Source of the DNA: an uncultured virus (IMG/VR IMGVR_UViG_3300044614_000614)
Taxonomy: Duplodnaviria; Heunggongvirae; Uroviricota; Caudoviricetes
Virus record (IMG/VR): IMGVR_UViG_3300044614_000614
Coordinates: 1-64,000 of that record
Direction: 5' to 3' (one strand)
DNA: 64,000 nt
The notes beneath the pieces are model-generated. The model ran no database searches. It was not told where the DNA came from and was given only the letters and a program-made list of their open reading frames with translations. This document shows, in pieces, positions 1 to 9,468 of the stretch (positions are counted from its first letter, which is position 1; the number at the start of each line of letters is the position of its first letter). The translations under genes were made by a program, and so were the position numbers.

Positions 1-831
1 TGATACCTTCTTGATGGTCGCGGCATTTTTTGTTGTTGAAATGCCCATGATAATATCGTTCTGATTTAATCCTGCCTTTGCAGCAGCACCATCAAGTTCC
101 AATTCACGAATTATAACAGACTGTTTATCGTCTGTCAAATCTGCTGATATGTTCAATACTCTCCAGCGCACTTCACCTAGAGTGTTAAAGTCATAAACGA
201 CCTTCTTCACAAGATTGGAAGGAACACAGAAGCCATATGATCCACCTTCCATTGCAAGCATCATATTACTCACACAGATGATCTGCCCGTTCTCATTGAA
301 GATTGGGCCGCCTGAATTGCCTTGAAATAGATTGGCGTCAATTTGATCTACAAACTTTGGATTTTGTCCGACACGGCGATGCTTACCTGAGATAATACCT
401 TCAGATACAGTCCATGTTAATCCCCAAGGATGACCGATGACCACAATCTTATCACCAGGCTTCATATAATTACTATTACCAAGAATGAGATTAACAGGGT
501 TCTCATTCTTCTCATAGAGTTCCCAATCTTTCAATTGAATGACTGCTATATCTGCAACAGGATCCGCGTAGACTACTTGAGCTTCATACTCTTTACCAGA
601 CTTGCTAGAGAACACAAAAATTTTGCCCTGACCGCCGATGACATGGTGGTTTGTAACAATCTGATTGTCTTCAAGAATAAAGCCAGTGCCTGATCCACCA
701 TTAGATGCATCTATTCTGTTCTGAATGAGAACAACACCATCAACGCTTATGTTGTATATCTCTTTCGCTGACATTTCATTGCAGCCTACTAGTGCTAATG
801 CTAAAAGACTGACTGCTAAAAACTTTTTCAT
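1..831 (-). CDS. HtrA/DegP-like trypsin serine protease lipoprotein with PDZ domain (runs off window)
   Basis: Manual translation from ATG at 831: MKKFLAVSLLALALVGC lipobox, TNHHV, DIAV, GNSGGP, then GAAAKAGL..ND PDZ-like segment. Confidence 0.88.
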   Translation of the reverse strand, partial: MKKFLAVSLLALALVGCNEMSAKEIYNISVDGVVLIQNRIDASNGGSGTGFILEDNQIVTNHHVIGGQGKIFVFSSKSGKEYEAQVVYADPVADIAVIQLKDWELYEKNENPVNLILGNSNYMKPGDKIVVIGHPWGLTWTVSEGIISGKHRRVGQNPKFVDQIDANLFQGNSGGPIFNENGQIICVSNMMLAMEGGSYGFCVPSNLVKKVVYDFNTLGEVRWRVLNISADLTDDKQSVIIRELELDGAAAKAGLNQNDIIMGISTTKNAATIKKVS

Positions 832-1415
832 TACTTTGTTCCTTTCTGTGGTGGAACCTCAGGTGTTATGATTTCAACATCAGGCACTTTTGGTTTATAT
901 GTGTCTCTTTGTGGAGACATGACTCTATCTATAATCTGGTTAATCATACCAGAGATACTGTCATCACCTGTTCCTTCGCCTTCACCAGGCGCAGCATTCT
1001 CAGGTGGTATACCATTGATACGGACTTCCTTGCCCTCTTCCATGGCCTGCTTTGCTTCTTCAAACTGTGCAGCACGATCATTGGAATACTTCACATAGAA
1101 AGTCTTTGGTGCATATCTTGGATAGTCATACTCATACCACTTTTTTGGTGTGGTAGGGAATATGCTGATATAGATTGCTCCATCGTCCGTGTTAGATGGA
1201 TTGACAATCACAACAGATGCAAGAAGTCCTTTGACAACTCTTGTATCTTCTGACGGCCATCCCTTGACGCCATCAAGTGAGAAGTAAATAGCATTTGCTA
1301 GAAGCACAAAGAATGCAATCGTGATGAACTTCAGTATCTTGCTGTTCCAGTAGAATGATGCAGCTAGTATTATAGCAACAAATAGCGCGATGAACAAGAG
1401 AATTGTTTGTGTCAT
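831..1415 (-). CDS. membrane protein with two N-terminal TM helices
   Basis: ORF track; coupled to both neighbours. Confidence 0.7.
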   Translation of the reverse strand: MTQTILLFIALFVAIILAASFYWNSKILKFITIAFFVLLANAIYFSLDGVKGWPSEDTRVVKGLLASVVIVNPSNTDDGAIYISIFPTTPKKWYEYDYPRYAPKTFYVKYSNDRAAQFEEAKQAMEEGKEVRINGIPPENAAPGEGEGTGDDSISGMINQIIDRVMSPQRDTYKPKVPDVEIITPEVPPQKGTK

Positions 1416-2053
1416 GGTGCTGTCTTTCCTGTTCTAACGGAAACATAATCATTCTTGAACCGAAGAATGTTCTTCTTGTTGTCCATCACAAAGCGAATAG
1501 CTGTCTTCTCTTGCCATACACTTTCCATTTTCATTTCAATGTGCTTAACAACAATGTACGTTGGATTGATTCTGACAATCTCAATCTTCACAGGTACTTC
1601 CATGAGAGTTCCTGCTGGCAGTCCTAAATTCTTTTCGCTGTCTAAGCATGAGTAGACATGAAGATTGACAATATACTCTCCGGGAAATGTACCGCGCAGA
1701 GTTACGAACTCTTTGTTGTCTGGATCAATGACAACTTCTTTGCCATCTATCTCGTAGATACTACGGCGCTTGCCCATATCATCACGCTCAAAGTACATCA
1801 AGCCTGCTTCAAGAAAGCGATATGATACGATATTGTTTTGAGGATCACGCACCCACAAGTCAACGTCACAGTCCAGTTCGTTTGGCCATTCTAGCGTGAT
1901 AACATAATCTGCATTCTTCTTGATACCTTCGTTTTGTTGCGTGACAGGTGCAATGAGAAGAGTTGTGAGAATGAATAGAACAACCGTGCCAGTCAGCAGA
2001 TTGATTAGCAGATCAATGTATGCTGTTCGGAAGTCAAACTTTTTATTCTTCAT
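1412..2053 (-). CDS. ExbD/TolR/MotB-like single-TM protein with periplasmic DxDLWV domain
   Basis: Asp at start of TM (AYIDLLINLL); DCDVDLWVRDP; directly downstream of ExbB-like gene. Confidence 0.55.
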   Translation of the reverse strand: MKNKKFDFRTAYIDLLINLLTGTVVLFILTTLLIAPVTQQNEGIKKNADYVITLEWPNELDCDVDLWVRDPQNNIVSYRFLEAGLMYFERDDMGKRRSIYEIDGKEVVIDPDNKEFVTLRGTFPGEYIVNLHVYSCLDSEKNLGLPAGTLMEVPVKIEIVRINPTYIVVKHIEMKMESVWQEKTAIRFVMDNKKNILRFKNDYVSVRTGKTAP

Positions 2054-2501
2054 GATCGTATGTTACCGCATATAGCAATGTCTTTGATATTAGACTTGCT
2101 AAGATACCAACTGCATTCGTGTACAGTGCGATGCCGAGACCAACAGACATATTAGCCAGCAGAGTTGCTAGACTTGTTGGATCACTAACAGATGCGGATG
2201 AAATACCTGAAGATAGAAGATAGATGAAGCCGACAACAGTACCTAACATACCAAGTGCAAGCATTTGCTCAGATAGAAACCAGCAAGCATCTACAATCTT
2301 GCTTGTATAGTCTTTGGTATACGCAACGTAGCCAATAAGTCCTGTTGTGATAACATAGAGAACAGCGAGGGCAGATGTAATCAATGTCACATCATCATAC
2401 CAGATTTTGGTAATGATGCCAGTGTGCCATGCCCAGAAAACACCAGACGCGACTGCTAGATTTGTGACCCACCAGATATAGAATGGCTTGAATAATTGCA
2501 T
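2043..2501 (-). CDS. MotA/TolQ/ExbB proton channel family protein
   Basis: LGMLGTVVG and GLGIALYTNAVG motifs, 4 TM segments. Confidence 0.8.
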   Translation of the reverse strand: MQLFKPFYIWWVTNLAVASGVFWAWHTGIITKIWYDDVTLITSALAVLYVITTGLIGYVAYTKDYTSKIVDACWFLSEQMLALGMLGTVVGFIYLLSSGISSASVSDPTSLATLLANMSVGLGIALYTNAVGILASLISKTLLYAVTYDHEE

Positions 2502-2534
2502 ACTGACCTCGCTATTTTTTAGTGTCAGTATTAT

Positions 2535-2789
2535 TTAGTCGTTCTTAGATACGAATGCGTTCAGCTTTTCAGCCATCTTGATGATAGCGTCTTCACTGAT
2601 CTTTGGTACTTCTGGAAAAGGTGGAAGATCAATCTTCGTATCACCAGAAGAGAGCTGAATAGATGCTTTCTCTCTTGCGAGACCCCAATCGTTTTCAAGA
2701 CGAATGCGATCATTCATAGCTTGCTCCGTTATGATGGATTGTGCCATCGCAAGCAGTTCTAAACGGATTTCGTAAGGGTTCTTTGACAT
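2535..2789 (-). CDS. conserved T4-like phage hypothetical protein
   Basis: MSKNPYEIRLELL...IIKMAEKLNAFV; AGGAG RBS. Confidence 0.7.
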   Translation of the reverse strand: MSKNPYEIRLELLAMAQSIITEQAMNDRIRLENDWGLAREKASIQLSSGDTKIDLPPFPEVPKISEDAIIKMAEKLNAFVSKND

Positions 2790-2820
2790 GATATTTCTCC
2801 TGTGTCATGTGTGTTAAGGT

Positions 2821-2906
2821 GCCGTGTTTAGGTTTGTTGCAACGGAGACACGGCGTTCCGTTTTGCCAGTTCATTGTACGATGCGCCTAAAACTGGCACT
2901 AGCGCA
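2821..2906 (-). ncRNA. two tandem H-type pseudoknots
   Basis: Stems TGCGC/GCGCA with TGCCAGTT/AACTGGCA, and AACGGA/TCCGTT with GCCGTGT/ACACGGC. Confidence 0.55.
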
Positions 2907-2912
2907 AAGTAT

Positions 2913-3080
2913 TGGTGGAGGGGTTCTGTTTCCACGCCCCCTCCGAGCGCATGTTAGGCAGCTAGTGCCATACGAGGTGCAAAGTTATCGTTTGCATTTA
3001 GAGTTTTGCGCTTGTACGTAGTCGCCTACGATTATCTCCAGTCAACTATTCTACACTCAGTCGATCCTAAATTCTGCCCC
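2913..3080 (-). ncRNA. ssrA: tmRNA coding piece (permuted two-piece type), tag ANDNFAPRMALAA*
   Basis: 5' GGGGCAGAATTTAGGATCGAC; tag frame 2995-2954; GGAAACAGAA 3' hairpin. Confidence 0.92.
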
Positions 3081-3081
3081 G

Positions 3082-3396
3082 TCATAAAGACTGCTTGTTT
3101 AACCGATGATGTTCTTTTTCAAACGTCTCTATATTATGACAGTTAGCACATAAAACGCGGCACTTCGCTATTTCCTCTGTCAACATATCAATACTCCATC
3201 TCGTCATATTCTTAGATGAGTAATCTTTATGTTTTGTCATAGGATCAATATGATCAAAGCACAGTGCTTTTGGGTGTTTGTCGTATCCACAAATCTCACA
3301 TCCTTTTTGGAGTTTGTAGTTATCAAGAAACTCTCTTCTTTCCTGTACTTTTTTCGCGTTATATCTGTTTCTATCTTCCTGTCTTTTAAACGGCAT
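3082..3396 (-). CDS. HNH endonuclease within the tmRNA intervening segment
   Basis: CEICG...FDHIDP...LCANCH. Confidence 0.85.
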   Translation of the reverse strand: MPFKRQEDRNRYNAKKVQERREFLDNYKLQKGCEICGYDKHPKALCFDHIDPMTKHKDYSSKNMTRWSIDMLTEEIAKCRVLCANCHNIETFEKEHHRLNKQSL

Positions 3397-3407
3397 CTCA
3401 GTCTTTA

Positions 3408-3470
3408 TGGTGGAGCAGGGGGGATTTGCACCCCCGTCCTCAGTGTTTTTCGTATTCCTTCAACGATAAT
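3408..3470 (-). ncRNA. ssrA: tmRNA acceptor piece (5' boundary approximate)
   Basis: GACGGGGGTGCAAATCCCCCCTGCTCCACCA; CTGCTCC pairs with GGGGCAG including G3:U70. Confidence 0.9.
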
Positions 3471-3594
3471 ATCTTTGGCCATTTCAGATGAGCCTCAGCG
3501 TATGCTGCGCCTCTGGTTTCAACATCACCAAGAATGGTAACCTTTACTCCCGTTTCTTCAATGACAAACTCTTTTACTTTATATAGTCTCATAT

Positions 3595-4248
3595 TTAGAC
3601 TTCCCAACCTCGCGATTGAGCATCACTCATATCATATACACCACCCTTTGCTGGCACCTGAATGAAACCTTCAGGCTTACCATCATCTCCTACAATAGCG
3701 GCTGTTAGATGGCCGCCGAACACGCAAGCAGTGTCCACATTTGTGCGATCTGCTACTTGTTCAATCTTACCTAGTCTTGGTGTATGCCCGTGATAGAAGT
3801 GCTTATCAAGCATTGCATGTTGATGCTGTTCATATCGTAACCACAAGAGCATTGCGTCTGTTTGCTCATTCATTGGAAATGCAGGATTAGCACCAGCATG
3901 AGCAACGATGATCGTGTCATCCTCATAGTACTTTGGTAGAGAACGCATCCATTCTAGCACATCTTCGGGCATTAGTAAAGCATTATAACTCACAAGTGTT
4001 TGAGCAGCATAAGTGAAATCACCAAACAGAAGCATATCTTCGTGATTGCCCATCAAAGCAATGCAACCTTCCTTTTCAAGGAGTCGAATTTGATCTACAA
4101 CTTTCTTGGAATCTGGTCCACGATCAACATAGTCACCAACAAAGATGATCTTATATTGATTACCATCAGCATGTTTATGGATCATATCCAACAATGCACA
4201 CAGTTCCACGTAACAACCGTGGATATCACCAATCACATAACGTTTCAT
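3595..4248 (-). CDS. Ser/Thr protein phosphatase-like metallophosphoesterase
   Basis: GDIHG, GDYVDRG, GNHE, HGHT. Confidence 0.9.
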   Translation of the reverse strand: MKRYVIGDIHGCYVELCALLDMIHKHADGNQYKIIFVGDYVDRGPDSKKVVDQIRLLEKEGCIALMGNHEDMLLFGDFTYAAQTLVSYNALLMPEDVLEWMRSLPKYYEDDTIIVAHAGANPAFPMNEQTDAMLLWLRYEQHQHAMLDKHFYHGHTPRLGKIEQVADRTNVDTACVFGGHLTAAIVGDDGKPEGFIQVPAKGGVYDMSDAQSRGWEV

Positions 4249-4297
4249 ATATCAATTCCTTATTATAACAATATCATATAGTATGGAAAAATTCTTG

Positions 4298-5155
4298 TCA
4301 AACGTCTTTTACACCATCATGAACTAAACGAGCATTCCAATGGTGAGTTTTAATTCTATTACCATCCCAATCTGTGCGTTCGCTGATATGTGATGGAAGA
4401 GGATCGACATGTAGTCTTGCACCTGGATGTAAAATGAATTCGTGTTCTTCAGGTATTGCACTGTGATGTGCTACATATGCACCATGAGAACCTTTAGGAA
4501 CATCTATATGAACTACGTGTTCTTCGGGCTCACCTTCTTTCCGAATAGGTTTAGCAAACTCTCTTGCAATCGCCGGCCTTAACGATGTACTTGTGAAAGC
4601 TGGCATTATCATTTTTATTGGACCTTCATCACCTTCTTTTCTGAAGGAATCAGGAGAAACTTTGAGACCAGAACTGACAGTCATGTCTTCACCTGTCTTA
4701 TGCTTAACTAAAGCTGATTTCAAATTTTCGATTATATCATGATGTTGAGTAGTCAGATCACTTGAGTCCCCTGTGTATAATGCCTTGTTTATTTTCTTAT
4801 ACATTATACCAGAATATTTTCTGATTGCATTTTTTTTGCTGCCTTCTGGATCATCAAGATCGGGTTCAAATCGTTTTGATTCTTTTAGCTTTCTACCAAA
4901 CTTATATCGTCTCGATAACTTTTCATGAAGACTTTGTGTCTCATCAGAGCGCGGCCCTTCATGTCTGGCTGCGCCCTGTCTAAATGCTTCGTCTAGTTTC
5001 TTGATCTTACCAATGAAGACTTTATGATAGATAGACTTTGCATCATCATCTTCGTCAAATTTACCGATCTTACCGATAAAGACTTTATGATAGTTCGTCT
5101 CCACTTCTTTCTTCTTTTCTTTTTGTTCGTTCAAGTATGATTTAAAGGTCAGCAT
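4298..5155 (-). CDS. VIP2/Alt-like ADP-ribosyltransferase domain protein
   Basis: YxxIN, FTSTS, EHEFIL; N-terminus MLTFKSYLNE. Confidence 0.8.
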   Translation of the reverse strand: MLTFKSYLNEQKEKKKEVETNYHKVFIGKIGKFDEDDDAKSIYHKVFIGKIKKLDEAFRQGAARHEGPRSDETQSLHEKLSRRYKFGRKLKESKRFEPDLDDPEGSKKNAIRKYSGIMYKKINKALYTGDSSDLTTQHHDIIENLKSALVKHKTGEDMTVSSGLKVSPDSFRKEGDEGPIKMIMPAFTSTSLRPAIAREFAKPIRKEGEPEEHVVHIDVPKGSHGAYVAHHSAIPEEHEFILHPGARLHVDPLPSHISERTDWDGNRIKTHHWNARLVHDGVKDV

Positions 5156-5363
5156 TTTTGTTTCTTCTTTTTCTTTTTGGTTTTTGATTCCATGTCGAGT
5201 AGCGACTTACTTTGCCTTCATCAGACACATTGATTATCTTTTCTGCATGCAGAAGACGAAGAGTTGTTACTGCACCCTCTTGAATACCTTGCACTCTGCT
5301 AATCCAGTGACATGCACCAAATGACAATATGACTGCCGCAATCATCCAATAATCAAGATACAT
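5142..5363 (-). CDS. small membrane protein
   Basis: ORF track; N-terminal TM, coupled to neighbours. Confidence 0.55.
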   Translation of the reverse strand: MYLDYWMIAAVILSFGACHWISRVQGIQEGAVTTLRLLHAEKIINVSDEGKVSRYSTWNQKPKRKRRNKNADL

Positions 5364-5569
5364 TATTCACCACCATTTCCATTACCACCATTACCACCTG
5401 AAGAACTTGGAGACTTTCTTTTGAATACCATCTTCTTTGGGCTACCATAATAATCATGTGCTGCATACACAGTCTTATCATTTTCTGTGATAGCAGCATT
5501 CATCTTCATCTCTATGTCTTTTTCTTTTTCAGCGTTCTTATCATCTAGATATTTGATGAAGTGTTTCAT
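5363..5569 (-). CDS. hypothetical protein
   Basis: ORF track, coupled to neighbours. Confidence 0.5.
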   Translation of the reverse strand: MKHFIKYLDDKNAEKEKDIEMKMNAAITENDKTVYAAHDYYGSPKKMVFKRKSPSSSGGNGGNGNGGE

Positions 5570-6375
5570 TTCTCTCCAACCTCTTGAACGCCGTCATGTA
5601 CAAGTCTTGCTCTCCAATGATACAGTTTTCCCATTCCGTTCCATGTATCAAAATCTTCAACTTCAGGAGTTGGATGTATCTCAAGCTTCGCATTTGGGTG
5701 CAATACGAATTCTTTTTCACCTTCATTGTCTGAATGATGATCAACATATGCACCATGTGATCCTTTGGGTACAGTGAAGTGTATCACATGCTTTTCTTTT
5801 TCATCAATATCTGTGCCAACAAAATTCTTTGCAACTTGCGAATGTAAAGATGTGCTTGTGAATGCAGGGTTTGTTACGCGCATGACATTATCATCATCAA
5901 CAGGTAGCTTTCTAGGATCATACTTGATACCTGAGTGTACAGGAATATCTTCTGGTGCTTTGTGTTTTGTTAAAGCTGACTTCAAATGTGGCACTACGTC
6001 TGCCGCATCAGGATCAGTAATCTCTTCACCTTTATACATTGGACCATTGATTCTACGATATGCACTTGTTGTATAATATCGTATTGCTCTTCTATGATTG
6101 TAATCACCACTGAAATCATAATGCTGTCTTAGCGCGATGCTTCTCTGTGAACTCTCAAGTCGACCAGCTGACGTAAGAAGGTCAGATTTTGTTGAGACTT
6201 TACTAAAGTCGTATGCTTCATCAAGATCGTCAAGCTTACCAACTTTACCAATGAAGACCTTGTGAAAAGTTGGCTTCTTGTTAGTATTTACTTCAAAATC
6301 TTTACCAATGTAAACCTTGTGATATACAGGTTCTTTTTCAGTCTTGTCTGCGACAAACTTCTTAAATGACTTCAT
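5566..6375 (-). CDS. VIP2/Alt-like ADP-ribosyltransferase domain protein (paralog of 4298-5155)
   Basis: YRRIN, FTSTS, EKEFVL; shares VPKGSHGAYV and ARLVHDGV with the paralog. Confidence 0.8.
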   Translation of the reverse strand: MKSFKKFVADKTEKEPVYHKVYIGKDFEVNTNKKPTFHKVFIGKVGKLDDLDEAYDFSKVSTKSDLLTSAGRLESSQRSIALRQHYDFSGDYNHRRAIRYYTTSAYRRINGPMYKGEEITDPDAADVVPHLKSALTKHKAPEDIPVHSGIKYDPRKLPVDDDNVMRVTNPAFTSTSLHSQVAKNFVGTDIDEKEKHVIHFTVPKGSHGAYVDHHSDNEGEKEFVLHPNAKLEIHPTPEVEDFDTWNGMGKLYHWRARLVHDGVQEVGEK

Positions 6376-6538
6376 TGTTCATTCCACTTTTTAGAATTTA
6401 AGATGAACTGTTCTTCTCGTACTCTTTTTTCTTTTGTTCGTAATATGCCCAAGTGCCAAACATGCCAACAGGCTTACGTTCTTCTTTAGTCAGACACTCT
6501 TTAATATACTTTAAACAATCTTCACTATAACTCACAAT

Positions 6539-7396
6539 TTACTCCGTAGTGAAACGTGCTGGTGATCTTTTCTTAGATGGTCTCAATTCAGTTTGGAATG
6601 GGAATTTTTCATCTGGATTATATTTGAGTTCACCACCAACTTTTTCTGATTTGTCCATACCTGGAAAACCAGTTGTGTTTGTACCTATTAGTCTAGCGGT
6701 TTTGCCGTTGTGATGCAAGACAGAATCTTGATCAAAGTGCTTTCCTGCTCTACGACCAAATGCTACAAGCTCTGCACCAGCTTCACGGCCGGCCGCGCGC
6801 GCATGAATAACGTGTGATGATTCTTTGTTACCTTCATATCTACCTTCAGTTTTTCTTACACCAAAGCCAGCTTCTCTTGCCATAGACATAAGTTCTTCAT
6901 TTCTTTTTGCAACTTGCTTCTTTGTTAGACCTGGTCTTTCAGTTGATATTGCAATGAAATGTCGCCCTTCTTTTTCAAGAGTTCTCATACGAGAAAGAGG
7001 ATTACCTTCTTCAAGATTTTCTGTATATCTCAGCATTTGTTTGGTTCTTTGGAAGTCTGTCATGTTATCAGTAGAAGACTGACCACCAGCATATTTCTTT
7101 TCAAGTCTTTCTTCACGATCATCTCGTTCTTTTGGTGTGAGCATTCTTGTGCTGTCTATATTACCCATTTCTTCGCGTGTATAAAATTTCTGTTCTTCTG
7201 GATCATAAAAACCTGCTCTACCTGGCAAAGGCTTGCCTGGCTCTTTCATATGTCTTTCGCGGATCTCAGCATGATCTTCACCACGCTTGCCACGTTTTAT
7301 TTGTACTTTGCCTTCTTCGTCCGTATGTTCAATTGCAGGTTGAACTCGTTCACGAAGAGATTTCCCTTCTGTTATAAACTCTAAAAATGTTTTCAT
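6539..7396 (-). CDS. putative head-packaged two-domain protein
   Basis: MKTFLEFITE N-terminus; internal LEE; C-domain with ISTER...DQDSVL. Confidence 0.6.
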   Translation of the reverse strand: MKTFLEFITEGKSLRERVQPAIEHTDEEGKVQIKRGKRGEDHAEIRERHMKEPGKPLPGRAGFYDPEEQKFYTREEMGNIDSTRMLTPKERDDREERLEKKYAGGQSSTDNMTDFQRTKQMLRYTENLEEGNPLSRMRTLEKEGRHFIAISTERPGLTKKQVAKRNEELMSMAREAGFGVRKTEGRYEGNKESSHVIHARAAGREAGAELVAFGRRAGKHFDQDSVLHHNGKTARLIGTNTTGFPGMDKSEKVGGELKYNPDEKFPFQTELRPSKKRSPARFTTE

Positions 7397-8109
7397 AGCC
7401 CCATTGCGTCCTTCTGAATTATGTATGACTTAACTAGTCCAGAACGAACGATATCTTCCTTCTGAAACTCAATATGCTGAAAAGTATTTATACGATTGGT
7501 AATTCTCATCAACTGAGTAACACCCTCTTTCTCATGGGGCTTATTTAAGTCTGTCTGTCTGAAATCACCACATACAAGCAATCTACTTTCGTCACCCATT
7601 CTTGTTAGAACCGTGTCACATTCTTGGAATGACAAGTTCTGACTTTCGTCTAGTATGACAATGCCATTGTTGAATGTCAGTCCGCGAAGATAAGAAGTGG
7701 TAGTGAAATGTACAATGCCTTTCATCTTGAGTATGTCATAACCATCGCCACGACCAAACAGACTGTCGCAGATTTCGCGGTATGGTTCTTCGTAAACTTG
7801 TATCTTTTCTTTCATTGATCCTGGTAAGAATCCCATATCTCTTGAGGGAACTACGGATCGTATTACGACTATCTTATTGTATACTGATTGTGAATTTAGT
7901 ATTTGATTTAATGCCAAGTATAGAGCGCAGAATGTTTTGCCTGTTCCAGCAAAACCGTGAAGCATCAGATGATATCCTTGTTGATAAGCTGTAAAGACTT
8001 TCTCCTGATTTGGTGTGAGCGGTTTTATGTGTCTAAGTTCAAAATGTGCTGCCTTCTTTTGTGCTTCTTGTTCTTTGTTTGCATTTCTATTCTTAGGCTT
8101 CTTGGACAT
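7393..8109 (-). CDS. phoH: PhoH family ATPase
   Basis: GFAGTGKT, MGFLPG, RGLTF, ILDESQN, GDFRQTD; start chosen at GGAG RBS. Confidence 0.95.
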   Translation of the reverse strand: MSKKPKNRNANKEQEAQKKAAHFELRHIKPLTPNQEKVFTAYQQGYHLMLHGFAGTGKTFCALYLALNQILNSQSVYNKIVVIRSVVPSRDMGFLPGSMKEKIQVYEEPYREICDSLFGRGDGYDILKMKGIVHFTTTSYLRGLTFNNGIVILDESQNLSFQECDTVLTRMGDESRLLVCGDFRQTDLNKPHEKEGVTQLMRITNRINTFQHIEFQKEDIVRSGLVKSYIIQKDAMGL

Positions 8110-8127
8110 GTTTACTCCTTTAAAAGC

Positions 8128-8164
8128 AAAAGAGGGCGCATCACCTACGTGACTACCCTCTTTT
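8128..8164 (-). terminator. hairpin with T-tract upstream of phoH
   Basis: AAAAGAGGG...CCCTCTTTT. Confidence 0.45.
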
Positions 8165-8189
8165 GAAACTCGTGTATTCTTCTTATATT

Positions 8190-8447
8190 TTACCACTCTC
8201 TCTTACGACTCCATCTACGATCAATAGCAGATGCCTGCGCGCCTGGGGCTGCTGCGACTTTACCTAGAACGTATTTTTGGAAATCAGATGGTGGTTTCGT
8301 AACACCGATTCCTACTGGATCAACAACATTCATGCGAAATGTCTGGTTGAATTTTGGATTAGCTTCTAGAAATGCCTTGAGTTGATCATAGGTCATTTCC
8401 AATTCAAACTCTTCTTCGGTTTCAGTATCTATAAATGAATAAATCAT
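8190..8447 (-). CDS. conserved phage hypothetical protein
   Basis: ORF track; CTAAATA late motif upstream. Confidence 0.65.
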   Translation of the reverse strand: MIYSFIDTETEEEFELEMTYDQLKAFLEANPKFNQTFRMNVVDPVGIGVTKPPSDFQKYVLGKVAAAPGAQASAIDRRWSRKREW

Positions 8448-8467
8448 GCTATTATTTAGTATCCTTT

Positions 8468-8806
8468 CTAGCTGCCCATTCCTCCAATTGTGTGATCAGT
8501 TCGCTCATATACCTGCGACCAGTCTGCACCATATGCAGGACATACTTCTATATATTTCGGCAGATTGTTTTGATCCTTCTCACCAAGTTCACCACACACG
8601 AACCAAGTGTCAGGCAGCTTCTCTGCATATATACGACGAATGATGACCTGTTGCTTTTCTAACAGGACCATTATCTCTTCAAGTTCATCTGCGGCATCAT
8701 TCATTAGTTCAGTAAATGGTATAGATGTTTCTGTTGGATGCCGCAGATTATCAATCAACTCTTTTAACTGATTGTGATCCATTCGGGCTTTTCGCGCTTC
8801 GTCCAT
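8468..8806 (-). CDS. hypothetical protein
   Basis: ORF track. Confidence 0.55.
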   Translation of the reverse strand: MDEARKARMDHNQLKELIDNLRHPTETSIPFTELMNDAADELEEIMVLLEKQQVIIRRIYAEKLPDTWFVCGELGEKDQNNLPKYIEVCPAYGADWSQVYERTDHTIGGMGS

Positions 8807-9303
8807 TTGTGCATTCTCTCTTTTGCAATACGATAATAGTTACGATAGGATTCTACGTGATCATTAGGCACTTTGTATTCATCAGGCATTGCGGGTGTTA
8901 CTGGAGTCAGATCACCTAACTTTATATAGCGAGGATACGAACAAAGATGGTCGCACATATCCATACACTTGTGTACTTTACCATAACGATGTTTATATTC
9001 CATACACAGTGCTAGAAAATGCCGATACAGCCATTTGTAGTTGTCGCTAGTCTCACGGCACCACACGGCTGACGGATGATTGATATGTGTGGCTGAATAT
9101 AGCACAGTCTCGCGCTCGTCAGGCAAACGCCAACGCTTTACATTGCGACCAGTCTTGGTCTTGTCAATGTATTGTGTGCCGTCAAGTAACCGATGAGCGG
9201 TGGACAGGAGTTGCGCTGTCTCCAAAATCATCTTCACCACATGCTTGTCCACCATCCACTCCGCTGCCTGAGTCGGATCGTTGCTGATTGCGAAAATATT
9301 CAT
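8764..9303 (-). CDS. pyrimidine dimer DNA glycosylase-like protein (DenV family)
   Basis: MNIF..DKHVVKMILETAQLL, THINHPSAVW, EYxxRYGKVH. Confidence 0.8.
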   Translation of the reverse strand: MNIFAISNDPTQAAEWMVDKHVVKMILETAQLLSTAHRLLDGTQYIDKTKTGRNVKRWRLPDERETVLYSATHINHPSAVWCRETSDNYKWLYRHFLALCMEYKHRYGKVHKCMDMCDHLCSYPRYIKLGDLTPVTPAMPDEYKVPNDHVESYRNYYRIAKERMHKWTKREKPEWITIS

Positions 9304-9468
9304 CTATTTCTTCGCTCCACTTTTTATTACGTTTATCAAGTTCATCTGCAAGCTGGCGCAGTTGATATGAGGAAATTGCGCCATGCTGACTAGGCCAATA
9401 ATAGCAGAAACCGTCTTCTAAACAAGCAAATTCATTGCGGGCTTCTGCCATTTTAATAATGTCACCCA

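Noticed and set aside
831..2501. Zorya defence system
   Set aside because: No long ZorA tail, no OmpA-like domain and no ZorC/D/E genes.
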